A DNA stretch of 64,000 bases from Tubiluchus corallicola. Lineage: Eukaryota; Animalia; Priapulida. Below are positions 25,503 through 37,600 of the stretch, piece by piece. The position numbers were made by a program, and so were the translations under genes. The stretch lies in assembly GCA_030141605.1 (NCBI GenBank), contig JAQGDQ010000235.1:1-64000 (forward strand), given 5' to 3'. The notes below the pieces were generated by a model that was given only the letters and a program-made list of their open reading frames with translations, searched no databases and had not been told where the DNA came from. Numbering within the stretch: the stretch's first letter is position 1; each line of letters starts with the position of its first letter.

Positions 25503-26076
25503 GTTATTGGTACTTTTATGCACATTGTTTAACCCGACAAACAGTCCTGTTAATTTTGCCGTATAGTGCAAACATAAAGCAAAGAAAATGATTTCAGGAA
25601 CCCCATCAGTGTCCAAGCTGCAGTTATTCTCTAACTGCCAATAATTGATGATGAAATGAAACAACGCATTAAAGGTTTTGCACTGGTCATCACTAGTGCT
25701 ACCTCAATATCAGCAGTAACAAACAGCAACAATCAATGTTCATTATAATAAAGTTTATTAATAACTGCATTAACGGTTATAAAATTGCTCCTTTTTCAAG
25801 TTACAAACAGACAAAAGTCGTCCAGCCTCTAGTCCGGTTCTGTTAACGCATGTTGTCGGCTCGCCAAGTCATCACAAACAATAGCAAATCAAAAAGCCTC
25901 GAACAAAAAACATGCTCGTTAAATATAAAATACTTCATAAATAACAGTTAATTGTCTTTGCAAAAGTGAATTCGACTGGTCGATAGGATTAGGGAATGGG
26001 TCTTACTCTCTTAGCGCTAAGCATAATTTATATTATAACACTGTTATCTATACAAATAACCTAACAATTGCTAACA

Positions 26077-29000
26077 CTATAGGGCTGTTTGCTGAGAGAA
26101 CGAATTAGAGCTATTACTTCGGGATAAGTTCAGGGACAACATGCTACCAGAAATCGACGAATCCTCGTCCTCCTGTAGGAATTCTTGAGGAGGTTCCGTT
26201 AGATCCAGGACCTTGAAGCCTAGCCTGTCGCTCTCCTGATCGAAAGCGTCGATTTCGCGTGACTGGCGGTCGTGTAATTGCCTGATCTTCTCCGATCGCT
26301 GTTGGCTGAATTGTAGCGATTCCTCCCCCATCTTGTGTTCTAGCAATGCTCGGCGGGTGGAGACCCTGTTTTCCAGTTCTCTGGTTTCGCGGTCGTGCTG
26401 CGCCTCCAACTGCATCTTGACCTTAAAAAATAAAATTCACTTAGTTAAAAACTCGCAAAAAAACAAAAAGAGAAATTTTCTTTGTTTTTTCCAATCTCGT
26501 ATTTGTTTTTTTCTGATACGTTTTAGCAAACTGCAACACAACATTTTGCACTCAAAGGCTAAAGGTACGACTCCATCTGCGTGTAATGCGTGATCCGTAA
26601 TGTGTAATGCGTGATCCGTAATGCATGACGCGTGATCCGTAATGCATGACGCGTGATCCGTAATGCATGACGCGTGCTCCGTAATGCATGATACGTGATC
26701 CGTAATGCATGATGCGCGATCCGTAATGCATGATGCGTGCTCCGTAATGCATGATGCATGATTCGTAATGCATGACGCGTGCTCTGTAATGCATGATGCG
26801 TGATCCGTAATGCGTGGATACATATACACTTGAACGTGATGGCTATCGTCTGAATATGCAACACTTATTACGGATCCCACATGATGTCACAGCTGAAGGC
26901 TACTTAATGAGATGTTTGTGGCTGACCGCAAGACTGTTAGGTCATCTAACGTGAACTACAAACCTACATTTAATTTTTCTCCATCTGATGTGATTTTTAT
27001 TAACATTCTAACTTTTAGTTCTTTCTATTTTCTACTAATCTAGCTGTGACGTATTTACTAAATAACTTACAACTTTTCAACAACCTTACGACTCTCATTA
27101 GCTGTACTTTGCGACTCTTATTGGCAATTTAAAATTCTTAGTTCTTATCATATGGCTTTTTAATTTAAAATGCACATTTAATTTTAATGTATGCTGTTAA
27201 TGTGAAATTGGTGCTGTGCAATTTTACTTATTTGAAACTGTCTATTTTTTAAAGTACTAATCATGCATAAACCTGTCCAAACTGTACTGTCCACGCTTCA
27301 TCATTTAAAAATATGGGAGAGAAATTCCATGGGAGAATCTAACTGGTTCATCCCTGATGAACATTCATAGGGACAGACATTCACTTGAACTACTCGATTT
27401 GCAACGAAAAACGCTGAAAATTCCATTTTATCATTCATTTTATTCGTTGATTTAGTTTTTCCTTTCACGTTCATTTCAGCTACCTTGAAAATGGTTACTT
27501 TGATGTAGACACTGGCTGGGGGGTTTCACGATGGTGAGGTGGTGGTCACTCTAAACCGATACCTGTACGAGACTAGCAAAGAAACGTCAGTGGAGAAATT
27601 AGTGCGAATAAAATCATGTTCTTATCAACAGGTGTTATCAATCGACTTTTTGTTATAAGAATAAGGAGTATATATATAACAGCTTGTTTTCTTTAGTGAG
27701 AGGGTGGAACTCCCCTAATTTTTAGTTCTGGAACCGCCCCGGGCATAAACCACCATGAAATACTGTACAAAGTATTTTAATTTATATCCATCTCAGTTGT
27801 ACATGCGTCCATCAACTAGCAGGTAAACAAATGCTGATACTACCAGGATTTGCAGAGCAACTATTAAAGAAAACCGCAAAGTCTCTTCGTTTGCCAAAGA
27901 GATTGGAGCAAAAAGGTTTCCGGGATGTGACGATCCATTTACACAAAAACACAAAAAGTGTAATGCACAATTTGTATTCTGTCACAGTTATGCAATAAAA
28001 AATCAATAATTCCAGCATGAAAGTACAACCGGGAAAATCTTCTGGAACACACACAAAGGCGCGGATTTCACAAAGTGTGCAGCTACGTTCGTATAAAACA
28101 AACTGCTATCAAGAGGTAGAGTTTCTTGGCAGCTGAAGACTGTCACATTTCAACTGTCAACATAGATATGATCTTTAATAATTATAATCCATTAGTCGCG
28201 AAATGAACCTATAATTTTGAAATTTTTGAAATCAAATTATAACAGAAAGAAACTTTTAAAATGGCACTGAACTTGCATCTCATTCAAAGATCTTTAAATT
28301 ACAAACCACAAGAAAAAATACTAGGAAAAGAACTTCTGATGACAATCGTAACTGTTCAGCACCTAATCCAATGTTTCCATGTGATAACTGATTCGTGAGA
28401 ATAATCACCGATCAAATTAATATTGTTTTTGTTACCGTAAAGAATAAAATTCACGCGTGTTAAAATGACACGAGGAACGGCGTACGTAAAAAGTTACAGG
28501 TGCAAAAGTAGCACAAGCAACAAGGTTGTTACTAGCTGTTTGCAGCAGCATATTTGTCTTCATTTGATGATGGTTTATTGTACCAAGTACCAGACTTTCA
28601 ATTCATAAAACTACGGTTGCTCAGTTTACTATATACCGTACGTAGCAAGTAGTTGATGACCAATTGACCCAAGGTCCCAGTCCAGTTCCAGGACCACAAT
28701 GAACCAGTCACTGAATAGTGTAACTTGAAATGACAATGGACGGTCGTACGTGGCACATGCCATTTGTATAGCACATTTGTTAAGTGTAACGAGACCAGAC
28801 CAGTAGAAATTATGCGGAGAGTGCACCCATTAGATTGTGATGATCAGTGTTTCTTAACGTACATTTTAACTGACTAAATGTATCCTTAGTATGAAGCTAC
28901 TGAACACAGGTTAAACTAAACTTATAGTAAAATAATTATATGTGCGCGTGCGAACCAAAATCGTCCATAAGTCGGAACAATTAAAACTACGTTATGATTC

Positions 29001-32000
29001 TTAACGTACCAAAACACAACATACCAAAAATGTGGTCAAATGTCAAATTTTGTTTTTTATAAAAACAAAAAATAAACAAATTGGACTTTTACATTCTAGA
29101 ATCTCCTGGATTTACATCAAAGTGTTCTTACACAGTCCATAGCAACCAACATTTGTGCATTTGCTAAGTGTTTTGTAGAAACGCGACAAAAAACAATGGC
29201 TGACTTTAACAGTGATTTTCTCAAGATTATGTTTTTCACTGTGCAGCCTGCACCTCAACTTCAACGTGGATTATCTCAGCTTAGAAATAACATAGAGTGA
29301 TGAACTTGGTATCAAAATGATCCTCATGAAATAGAGATTCAGGATGTGTGAATAACTAGAAAAGCTTAACTGTCGACTTATGGACAATTTCGTTATGCAA
29401 GCACACATTTATTAACTGTATACGACAAATACGTTAAAAATAACTAAGCACCATTTGTGACCGTGCATAGCAAAACCGTTCATAGCGTGCAAATTTCATT
29501 ATGGAGCTAGATGTCAATAAAATCAGAATAATCAATTTTTGACGATTTTCGTGTTTTGTTATTTTTGCAATCGAAGGACATTTTACTGTTATGTGACACT
29601 GCTTATATGCTTGAAAATTTTAGTTTTTATTAGTAAATTTACGCAAATTTACTGAAAATTAAAGACAAACACTAAAAGCCATTTTCTCCTAATTTTAGTT
29701 CATCCGCTCAACTATAAATGCCAATATCTTGGCTCAGAAAACAACGTAGGGAGTTGAAACTGGTACCAAAATGAACAGGAGAATAAGAATAGGCAGATAA
29801 CTAAAGATTGATATCTAGCACACTATGGACGGTTTTGCTATGCACAGTCGTACTTTTTATATTTCACCCGAGAAGAATCCTACATTCAATGACAGAGTGT
29901 AATCATTTCTATTACGGTTGTGGCGAGACTGGAATCTGACTAATTGTCAAGTCTGTGCCTCTAAGATGAGCTACTGAACCAGCAGAGCTGTCTTACCCAT
30001 GTTCCGATGCATGTACACATTGCAAAGTGCATGCAATAAACCCTTCCTCTTCCTCTGCCAGTCAGTATGCTGAATGGCCCTGCAAGCAGCCATGACCACT
30101 CTGCCATTTACCTCTCCTCAATTTGTAACACATATGCGGTACACTAACTAACCTTGCTCTGATAAGCCAGCAGCATCTCCAGCTCCTGTGACAAACGCTC
30201 CTTCTGCGTCCGCTGCTCCGACAGCTGCGATTCATCCATCTTCACCGTCTGAGTCTGCAGCATCTCGGCGATCGTGTTCTCGTACTGTTCTCCGAGCAAC
30301 GCCAGCTTCCTCATCTTCTCCTCTTTCAGCTTTTTACAAATGAGTTTGCGTTCGTCCTTGGGTGTCGTCTGTAACACCTAAAACAGAACAAATAATATTT
30401 GTTCCAATATGTGCCGTTGCAAAAGTATATGTTCATGTCCACCTGGAAAACAACCTATTGAGCCAAAAATGAAAACTTTGCATGCTTACAATACAATGAA
30501 GAAAAGGCAAATCGTGACAGTTATGCAACTAATTTTAAAAATTGTTCACAATAAAATAAATTATGCATAACTTTGGCATCCTTGGCAGCTCTTCTGCACA
30601 ACGAAAGGCCACTCTAACTCAAGGGCCCCTTTACAACTGTAGGGGTTGGACGTGTGCAATTGTCCCAGGAACGAATGTAACAAGCAAACTCAGGGTTCCC
30701 GGAATTTTAAAATAAATTTCCATGACTTTTCCTTGATTAAATATTGATTTTCTATGACTAAGACAAGCAGAAATTGCATTATCAGTAAACATATGCAAAC
30801 ATTTTTCTGTACGGACATTCATACATGACTGATATATAATGTGTCGGCCAATCATTAGTTTTGGAACAGAAATTAAAACTGGGAGCTCGCCATAGCAAAA
30901 TTTTGTGAACTGATTATTTTTGCAACCCTTTCCAATTTACCCGACTTTTCGCCCCATTTTTATCGTTTTTCCTGAACTTTTATTAAATATATTTTTTCCC
31001 TGACTTTTCCAGGATAGCCTGTATTTTCAAGGGTGTTCCCTGACCATAGGAACCCTGCACACTGTAAAATCAAAACAAAAGCTTTCAAGATGAAAGAACA
31101 TGCAATTTGTATCCGTGTAAATGCATTAATAATAATGTAACATATGATAGGATTGAATAGCAAAACATAACACAACGAGCCTATGTTTATAAAACAGTGT
31201 ATGTACTGTTAAATAATTATCGCAAATTTCCGAATTTTATGAAAATTATTTCATTTTATAAATTCTAATTTTCCCCCATTTTTGGATCTCACAAAGACAG
31301 CTTACAGGGCTGCGTTGTAACTTTTAAACACAATAAGAAGCAGACACGTGAAAAAAAGGAGAGACCCAATAAAATAAAACTGGAAGTTTGTAGAAGCAGT
31401 GTAATCTGTTTGAGGACACCATGTAGCGGCACACGGCAAGACACGAACCTTTCATTTTTGACCTGTGGAAGCCAATATTAGAATAATTTCAATTACTTTA
31501 AACTTTGCCAGTAAATACGTCAACGAACCGTAACACATTGGCCTTATTGAAGCCAAGTAAAGAGCCAAATTGTCACTTACATTGTGTTAAGCTTAGCAAA
31601 TAAATGCCCGATACCTGATATAAGCTAACTACAGCAAGTTTAAAGAACAAGACAACCCGTTGCTTACATAAAGCTAAAGTCTCAAAACTTTGAATGACCT
31701 GCATATTGTCTTATTGTGCACAGAACTTACACTAGCGCTAATCGTGTATGAAATCTGAAAAATTAAACTCCCGCAATGACCATTAGGCACAGCCATTTTG
31801 ACATTTAAAATAAGTTCAGATAATATTTTGTAAAGCCAGTGGCACACAATGGGAAGGTGAAACATTCACATTTTACCATTTGGCGATAAAGTATTAGAAA
31901 TTCTAAAAATTTTATTTTCGAGTTATGCAAGTCTTTCAAATAAGTAAACGCAATGCTTTTGTGTGGAAATTTTTCTTGGGACATACTCTAAAATTGTCTT

Positions 32001-34240
32001 TTTTCCTCTTTCACTAGCAACTATTGCCCCAAATTAAGCAGACGAAAATAAAGTCAAATTACCTGAGCTTTTAATGCCTTATATTGCTTCTGTTGTATGG
32101 CAACAGCTTCCCGAAACTGCTTCCGTATCTGAAACTCTTTCGCTCGTAAACTTTTAGGATGAGCTTTTACTTCTAGAGCATGTTTTTTCCTGAGTTCGCG
32201 TTCCACACGCTGATTATACCTAAGTTGATTCTCACGCTCCGTGCTATGCTGTTTTTTCATAAGCTCTTTTCGTCTGGCCTGTATAGTATGGCTGTGTCTG
32301 TACTCAAGTCGCATCGTCGAATCGTGATGGGCTAAGAGCATACAATGCGTCTGCTCCAACTGGTCGTGTCTCTTCGCTAAGTCCATATTCAACAAATGTT
32401 GTTCAAGCTCGTGAAATTGGATCATTTTTCGTCGCCGAAACTTCCTAATTTCCAAGTTCTTATAATTTTTGTGTTCCTCGCGCTTGCCAGTCTCCGCACT
32501 CATTTGCAGCTGATGCAGAGAATCTTTGTAGTTTTGATGCCGCTCTTCGCGCTGCTGCTTGTTCATGTCGCTTTGACTCAGCTCCTGTTTGAAGCTGTCC
32601 TTCCGCACCTTGTACTCCCTCTTCTGCAGCTGCAAGAACTTCTTCATCTCGTCTTCCTGCTGGTTCACCATCTGCTTGAGCAGCTTGCGCTCCAAAACCT
32701 GGTTCAGCTTCAACCGCTTGTCAAGTTCCTGCTGCTGCTTCATTTGCAGCTTTTCAAGCTCTTTGAAAAAGTGTTGCATGAGGCTTTTGTACTCGTTATC
32801 CAACTTTGCTTTATGCTCGTTCATCTCGGACTCGCATCGGTCTTCCAGCTGCCGAAGTTCCTTCTGGTGTTGGCGCCGCATGCGCTTGTAGCCGGTCATC
32901 ATATCTCGCCACTCGTTCTCATACTCGCACTCTTTTTGTTGACGGTTGATGATCGATGTTGTTCGCAGTGTGGTAAAGTTGTTCACGGCTTGGTCAGACC
33001 CGAGAGGCCTCACCTTGCCCCGACCAGCAAAACCGATCTCATCGACAGGCTCCTTCGGCTTTTCGGAGATTCCGGAAGCTTCAGGTGTCTCTTCTGTTGT
33101 TCCTGTGAGGCTGTTTGTACTGCTCGACTGGCTACTGACGCTAACTATGCTGCTAGGTATCGACTGAGTGCTTGATACGCTGTTAGACTTGCTGCTATCG
33201 CTCACCATTAGCTCATCCTCTGGAAACAATTCCTCCTCGGCGTCCAGATTTTCAGGAGCAGTGGTCACTTCGTGGTTATCAGGCGAATCAATCATTAAGA
33301 TTTTCTTCATGCGCCTATACTGTAAATTGTCCAATTCGCGAACAGCTGTTTTTGTTCGCTGTATCAAATCTAGTAGAACGTTACCTGGCCGTTGACGCTG
33401 CACAAACGCACTATTAAGTAGCTGCCGAGAAGACGACCTATTATTCGGTTGTTTATGCAAACAAGAACTGACAAATTCTCGAAACTCAATAGACCAGTCT
33501 CTACTGCCTAACGTAGGTGGCTCATTCTGTGCTATGTGATACAAGGCACTCATGGCATTCATGTTAAAGTATGGTGGTTTTCGCTCTGCTAATTCAATGC
33601 ACGTTATTCCTAAAGACCATATATCAACCTTGCCATCATACTGGCCTTCTTCCATTGCTAAAATAACTTCTGGAGCCATCCAGTAAGGTGTGCCAACAAA
33701 AGAGTTTGCTGGGCAAGCCAAAGATGCAGACCCAAAATCACCAAGTTTAACTGTGCCACTTTCAGTCAAAAGTATATTGCCTGCTTTTACATCACGATGA
33801 ATTTTTTCGTGGCTATGCAAGAAACACAGACCTTCTAAAATATCTTCACATATGGCACCTATTTCATTCTCCTTTAAAGGCTTCTTGTGTACTTCAAGCA
33901 AATCAGATGCAGAACCAATGCAGTACTCCATCACCAGCCAAGCCTGCTGCTCACGAGGATGTAGATAACAACCTTTGTATTCAACGATATTGCGATGAGT
34001 AACTTGTCTAACAAATTTGACCTCCTTAATGATGTCTTGCCATTTCTCAGTTGCGTTTTTGCCCTGAAAGGACATCTTCTTTACAGCGATTACCTCCTTT
34101 GTAACGGCATGTCTTGCATAATACACAGCACCAAAGCTTCCATGGCCTATTTCTCTCAAATCAATAAACAATTTTTCAGGATCTTCGTCCTTGTGGAAGA
34201 GTACAGATATTTCTGGATCTTTCATCGACCCAGGCTTCAT
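26077..34240 (-). CDS. TAOK1: Serine/threonine-protein kinase TAO (STE20 family), 3 coding exons, 915 aa
   Basis: Exons (-): 32063-34240, 30153-30377, 26077-26421, all phase 0 with GT-AG. Motifs: [73 protein letters not shown], followed by coiled coils. Probably the single invertebrate co-ortholog of TAOK1/2/3. Confidence 0.96.
26581..26815. repeat. 21-bp minisatellite (about 11 copies) in TAO intron 2
   Basis: Unit gatccgtaatgcatgacgcgt. Confidence 0.92.
28941..29407. mobile_element. Unclassified TIR MITE (TGT...ACA termini)
   Basis: tgtgcgcgtgcgaaccaaaatcgtccataagtcg / cgacttatggacaatttcgttatgcaagcaca form an imperfect TIR. Confidence 0.6.
29456..29852. mobile_element. Unclassified TIR MITE
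   Basis: gaccgtgcatagcaaaaccgttcatag / ctatggacggttttgctatgcacagtc TIR. Confidence 0.75.
30691..31057. mobile_element. hAT-like MITE remnant (CAGGGTTCC...GGAACCCTG)
   Basis: Short inverted termini; no clear TSD. Confidence 0.5.
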
Positions 34241-34613
34241 TTTTTACGTCAATTTGAAGCGAATATCTTGACATTTATGCAAACAAGGGAAAAATTGACA
34301 GAAAGCAAAAATTCCACATAAAAGGAAGCAGACATATTGGCTTACGATAGTACGGAAAATGGTTTTGCGTAAAAAAAGAAAACAAAATTTCTTTCAGTAT
34401 GTGAAAAAATAACTTTTTTACAATTTTTTTTAATAAAAATAAAAATAGAAATTATTTCTACGTGACAAGCAGTAGTTTAGTTGTAATTAAGTTCTATACA
34501 TATTATTTTTTAAATTTATTTGGACCTTTTAACGAGAGGCGTTTCCTTCGTTCTTGGTTGGTTACGGTTGCCGGTTTTTGCACCGATTTTTCAGTTTTGT
34601 GCAGAAAATAATC
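34241..34613. promoter_or_regulatory. Probable bidirectional promoter between TAO and MDH2
   Basis: Only 373 bp separate the divergent start codons; central A/T-rich tract; no transposons. Confidence 0.65.
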
Positions 34614-37600
34614 ATGTTGAACAGATTTGCAAGCCCAAAAAGCTTTGCCTTCTGCAACAAGGCTTTGAGAGCATTTTCAACTACAGCTCAGGTAACTTAC
34701 TGTTATAAATTTCGTGCAGTTTCCCAAGGTCGTAGAGTTGGTGTTAAGCTAAGGAACCACAGACCGGCAGAGTTGATCCAAGTGCCCTTCTTTTCATTTT
34801 AGTTGGTTTACTGATGAATTCTCTGTGATGGGACATACTATGTAGCTTTACCATTCATAACAATTTCTTTTTTCCGTTTGTTTGTTTAAACTCGAAAGTT
34901 TTAATCAAGCCGTACTACTAGTACTTAACTAATAAAGTAATATTATAATAGGACTGAATAATGACGTATATTTTCAAAATACGCTGTTTTGACGACTAAA
35001 ATGTTGGGGTTTAATCGTGGCTCGGGTCTTAAAATAATCAGTGGGTTTTTTACCCATGTAAGCTTAAAATTTTCGATTTTTAAGTTGTTAGTCCGAGCCG
35101 CAATTTGATCTGAAAATACCCATCGTATTTTTAAAAGCGGTGCCATTTTTGATGCCACGTTTTTATTGATTTTATAAGCTTTTTTATCAGAACTTGGTCT
35201 ACTACAGAAGACCAAATTTAGGCAAATAAAAAAGAAACAGCAATACTTCAATAATATTAATTTAATTTTTAATTTACTTTGATGTTGCTTACAAACAAAT
35301 AACCGAAATGCGACAGCAAAATAATGTTCGATCTGCATCTCCTACAACATGGCGACGCGCGTCAGCCATCCTAGTACTAGTAAAATTTTATGATTTGTTA
35401 CACGCAGAAAAACACAAACGTTGCCGTACTCGGAGCAAGTGGAGGAATCGGGCAGCCGCTCTCGCTGTTGTTGAAGAATAGTCCTCTCATCACAAATCTG
35501 GCCCTCTATGATATCGTTCATACGCCAGGAGTGGCAGCTGATCTCAGTCATATTGAAACCAAGGTAATGTGAAATAATGCAATTTTATAAATAAGTAACA
35601 TTTGTTAATTGTGCAGTACATTGGTCTATTGAACACTTGATTCACTGAATTGGTACAAGTAACATGATTTTTTCTTGCATACGTATGTTATACCAATACT
35701 AGGAATGCTATGAATATTTGGGTCACCGAAATTTTTCCCCGAATATCAGTATAAAAATCCATCCTGGTAGTGCAGTTGTAATTGGTTAACCTTTAGTATA
35801 CCAAAGTTACTTTTTTAATAATTGTCACATTTGGTGAAAATTATATTAAACGAACCGAATATTCCCCTGTAGCACTTAGAAAAATTTACTGGAAAAGTCC
35901 TACATTTTGCTTTGTGTTTTTGTATGAAAACCCGAAGAATGCAATGCATCGTGGGTACACAAGTCGTGTTAATGTGCAATAGTGTGGCATTGCTGTATTT
36001 GTTATACTATGGCTTACGCGGGTTGAAATGAATCGAGGAGAACTCAAGCTAGTAAAAATAATTGTACTATTGCAGTTTTGCTTAAATACTGTTTTTAATT
36101 GATAAATACAAAATAGTTTGAACAGCTTTTGAAAGAATTAGGACCAAAACGATACAGATTTGGTAATCAGAATAATTTTACACAACTTGCCAGTCACCGC
36201 TAACTTAAAACGAGAAAATGGTGCCAATTTATAATTCTTTTCCATTGGAATGACAAGAAAATATGGTTCAATTTCTGTAAAAAATTTGGTTCATCTTTGG
36301 TCCGGTATTTAGGTCTAAAATGACCAGTTGGTCACCAATTTTCAGTATATCTAAGTGACTTACGTATTCAATTTTCAGTATATCTAAGTGACTTGCATGT
36401 ACAATTTTCAGTATATCTAAGTGACTTGCATGTACAATTTTCAGTATATCTAAGTGACTTGCATGTACAATTTTCAGTATATCTAAGTGACTTGCGTATA
36501 CAATTTTCAGTATATCTAAGTGACTTGCATATATAATTTTCAGTATATCTAAGTGACTTGCATGTACAATTTTCAGTATATCTAAGTGACTTGCATGTAC
36601 AATTTTCAGTATATCTAAGTGACTTGCATGTACAATTTTCAGTATATCTAAGTGACTTGCATGTACAATTTTCAGTATATCTAAGTGACTTGCATGTACA
36701 ATTTTCAGTATATCTAAGTGACTTGCATGTACAATTTTCAGTATATCTAAGTGACTTGCATGTACAATTTTCAGTATATCTAAGTGACTTGCATATACAA
36801 TTTTCAGTATATCTAAGTGACTTGCATGTACAATTTTCAGTATATCTAAGTGACTTGCATGTGCAATTTTCAGTATATCTAAGTGACTTGCATGTACAAT
36901 TTTCAGTATATCTAAGTGACTTGCATGTACAATTTTCAGTATATCTAAGTGACTTGCATGTACAATTTTCAGTATATCTAAGTGACTTGCATGTACAATT
37001 TTCAGTATATCTAAGTGACTTGCGTGTACAATTTTCAGTATATCTAAGTGACTTGCATGTACAATTTTCAGTATATCTAAGTGACTTGCATGTGCAATTT
37101 TCAGTATATCTAAGTGACTTGCATGTACAATTTTCAGTATATCTAAGTGACTTGCATGTACAATTTTTAGTATATCTAAGTGACTTGCGTGTACAATTTT
37201 CAGTATATGTAAGTGACTTGCATGTACAATTTTCAGTATATCTAAGTGACTTGCATGTACAATTTTCAGTATATCTAAGTGACTTGCATGTACAATTTTC
37301 AGTATATCTAAGTGACTTGCGTATACAATTTTCATATATCTAAGTGACTTAGTACAATTTCATATCTATGACTTGCGTGTACAATTTTCAGTATATCTAA
37401 GTGACTTGCAGTATAATTTTCAGTATCTGTGACTGCATGTAATTTCAGTATATCTATGACTTGCATATCAATTTTAGATATCTAAGTGACTTGCATGACA
37501 ATTTCAGTATATCTATGACTTGCATGTACAATTCAGTATATCTAAGTGACTTCATGTACAATTTTCAGTATATCTAAGTGACTTGCGTATACAATTTTCA

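Noticed and set aside
22590-26076. TAO-SETD6 as a second operon
   Set aside because: 3.5-kb gap containing MITEs, a good cis donor (ggg|gtaagt ~23965) and promoter-like motifs; an independent promoter is the simpler reading
32396-33395. Plus-strand ORFs (259 aa and shorter)
   Set aside because: Antisense shadows of the TAO coiled-coil exon
37330-37560. Degenerate zone inside the 33-bp array (similar zone at ~2550-2930)
   Set aside because: Clustered single-base deletions between near-perfect units look like low-quality consensus, so they were not interpreted biologically
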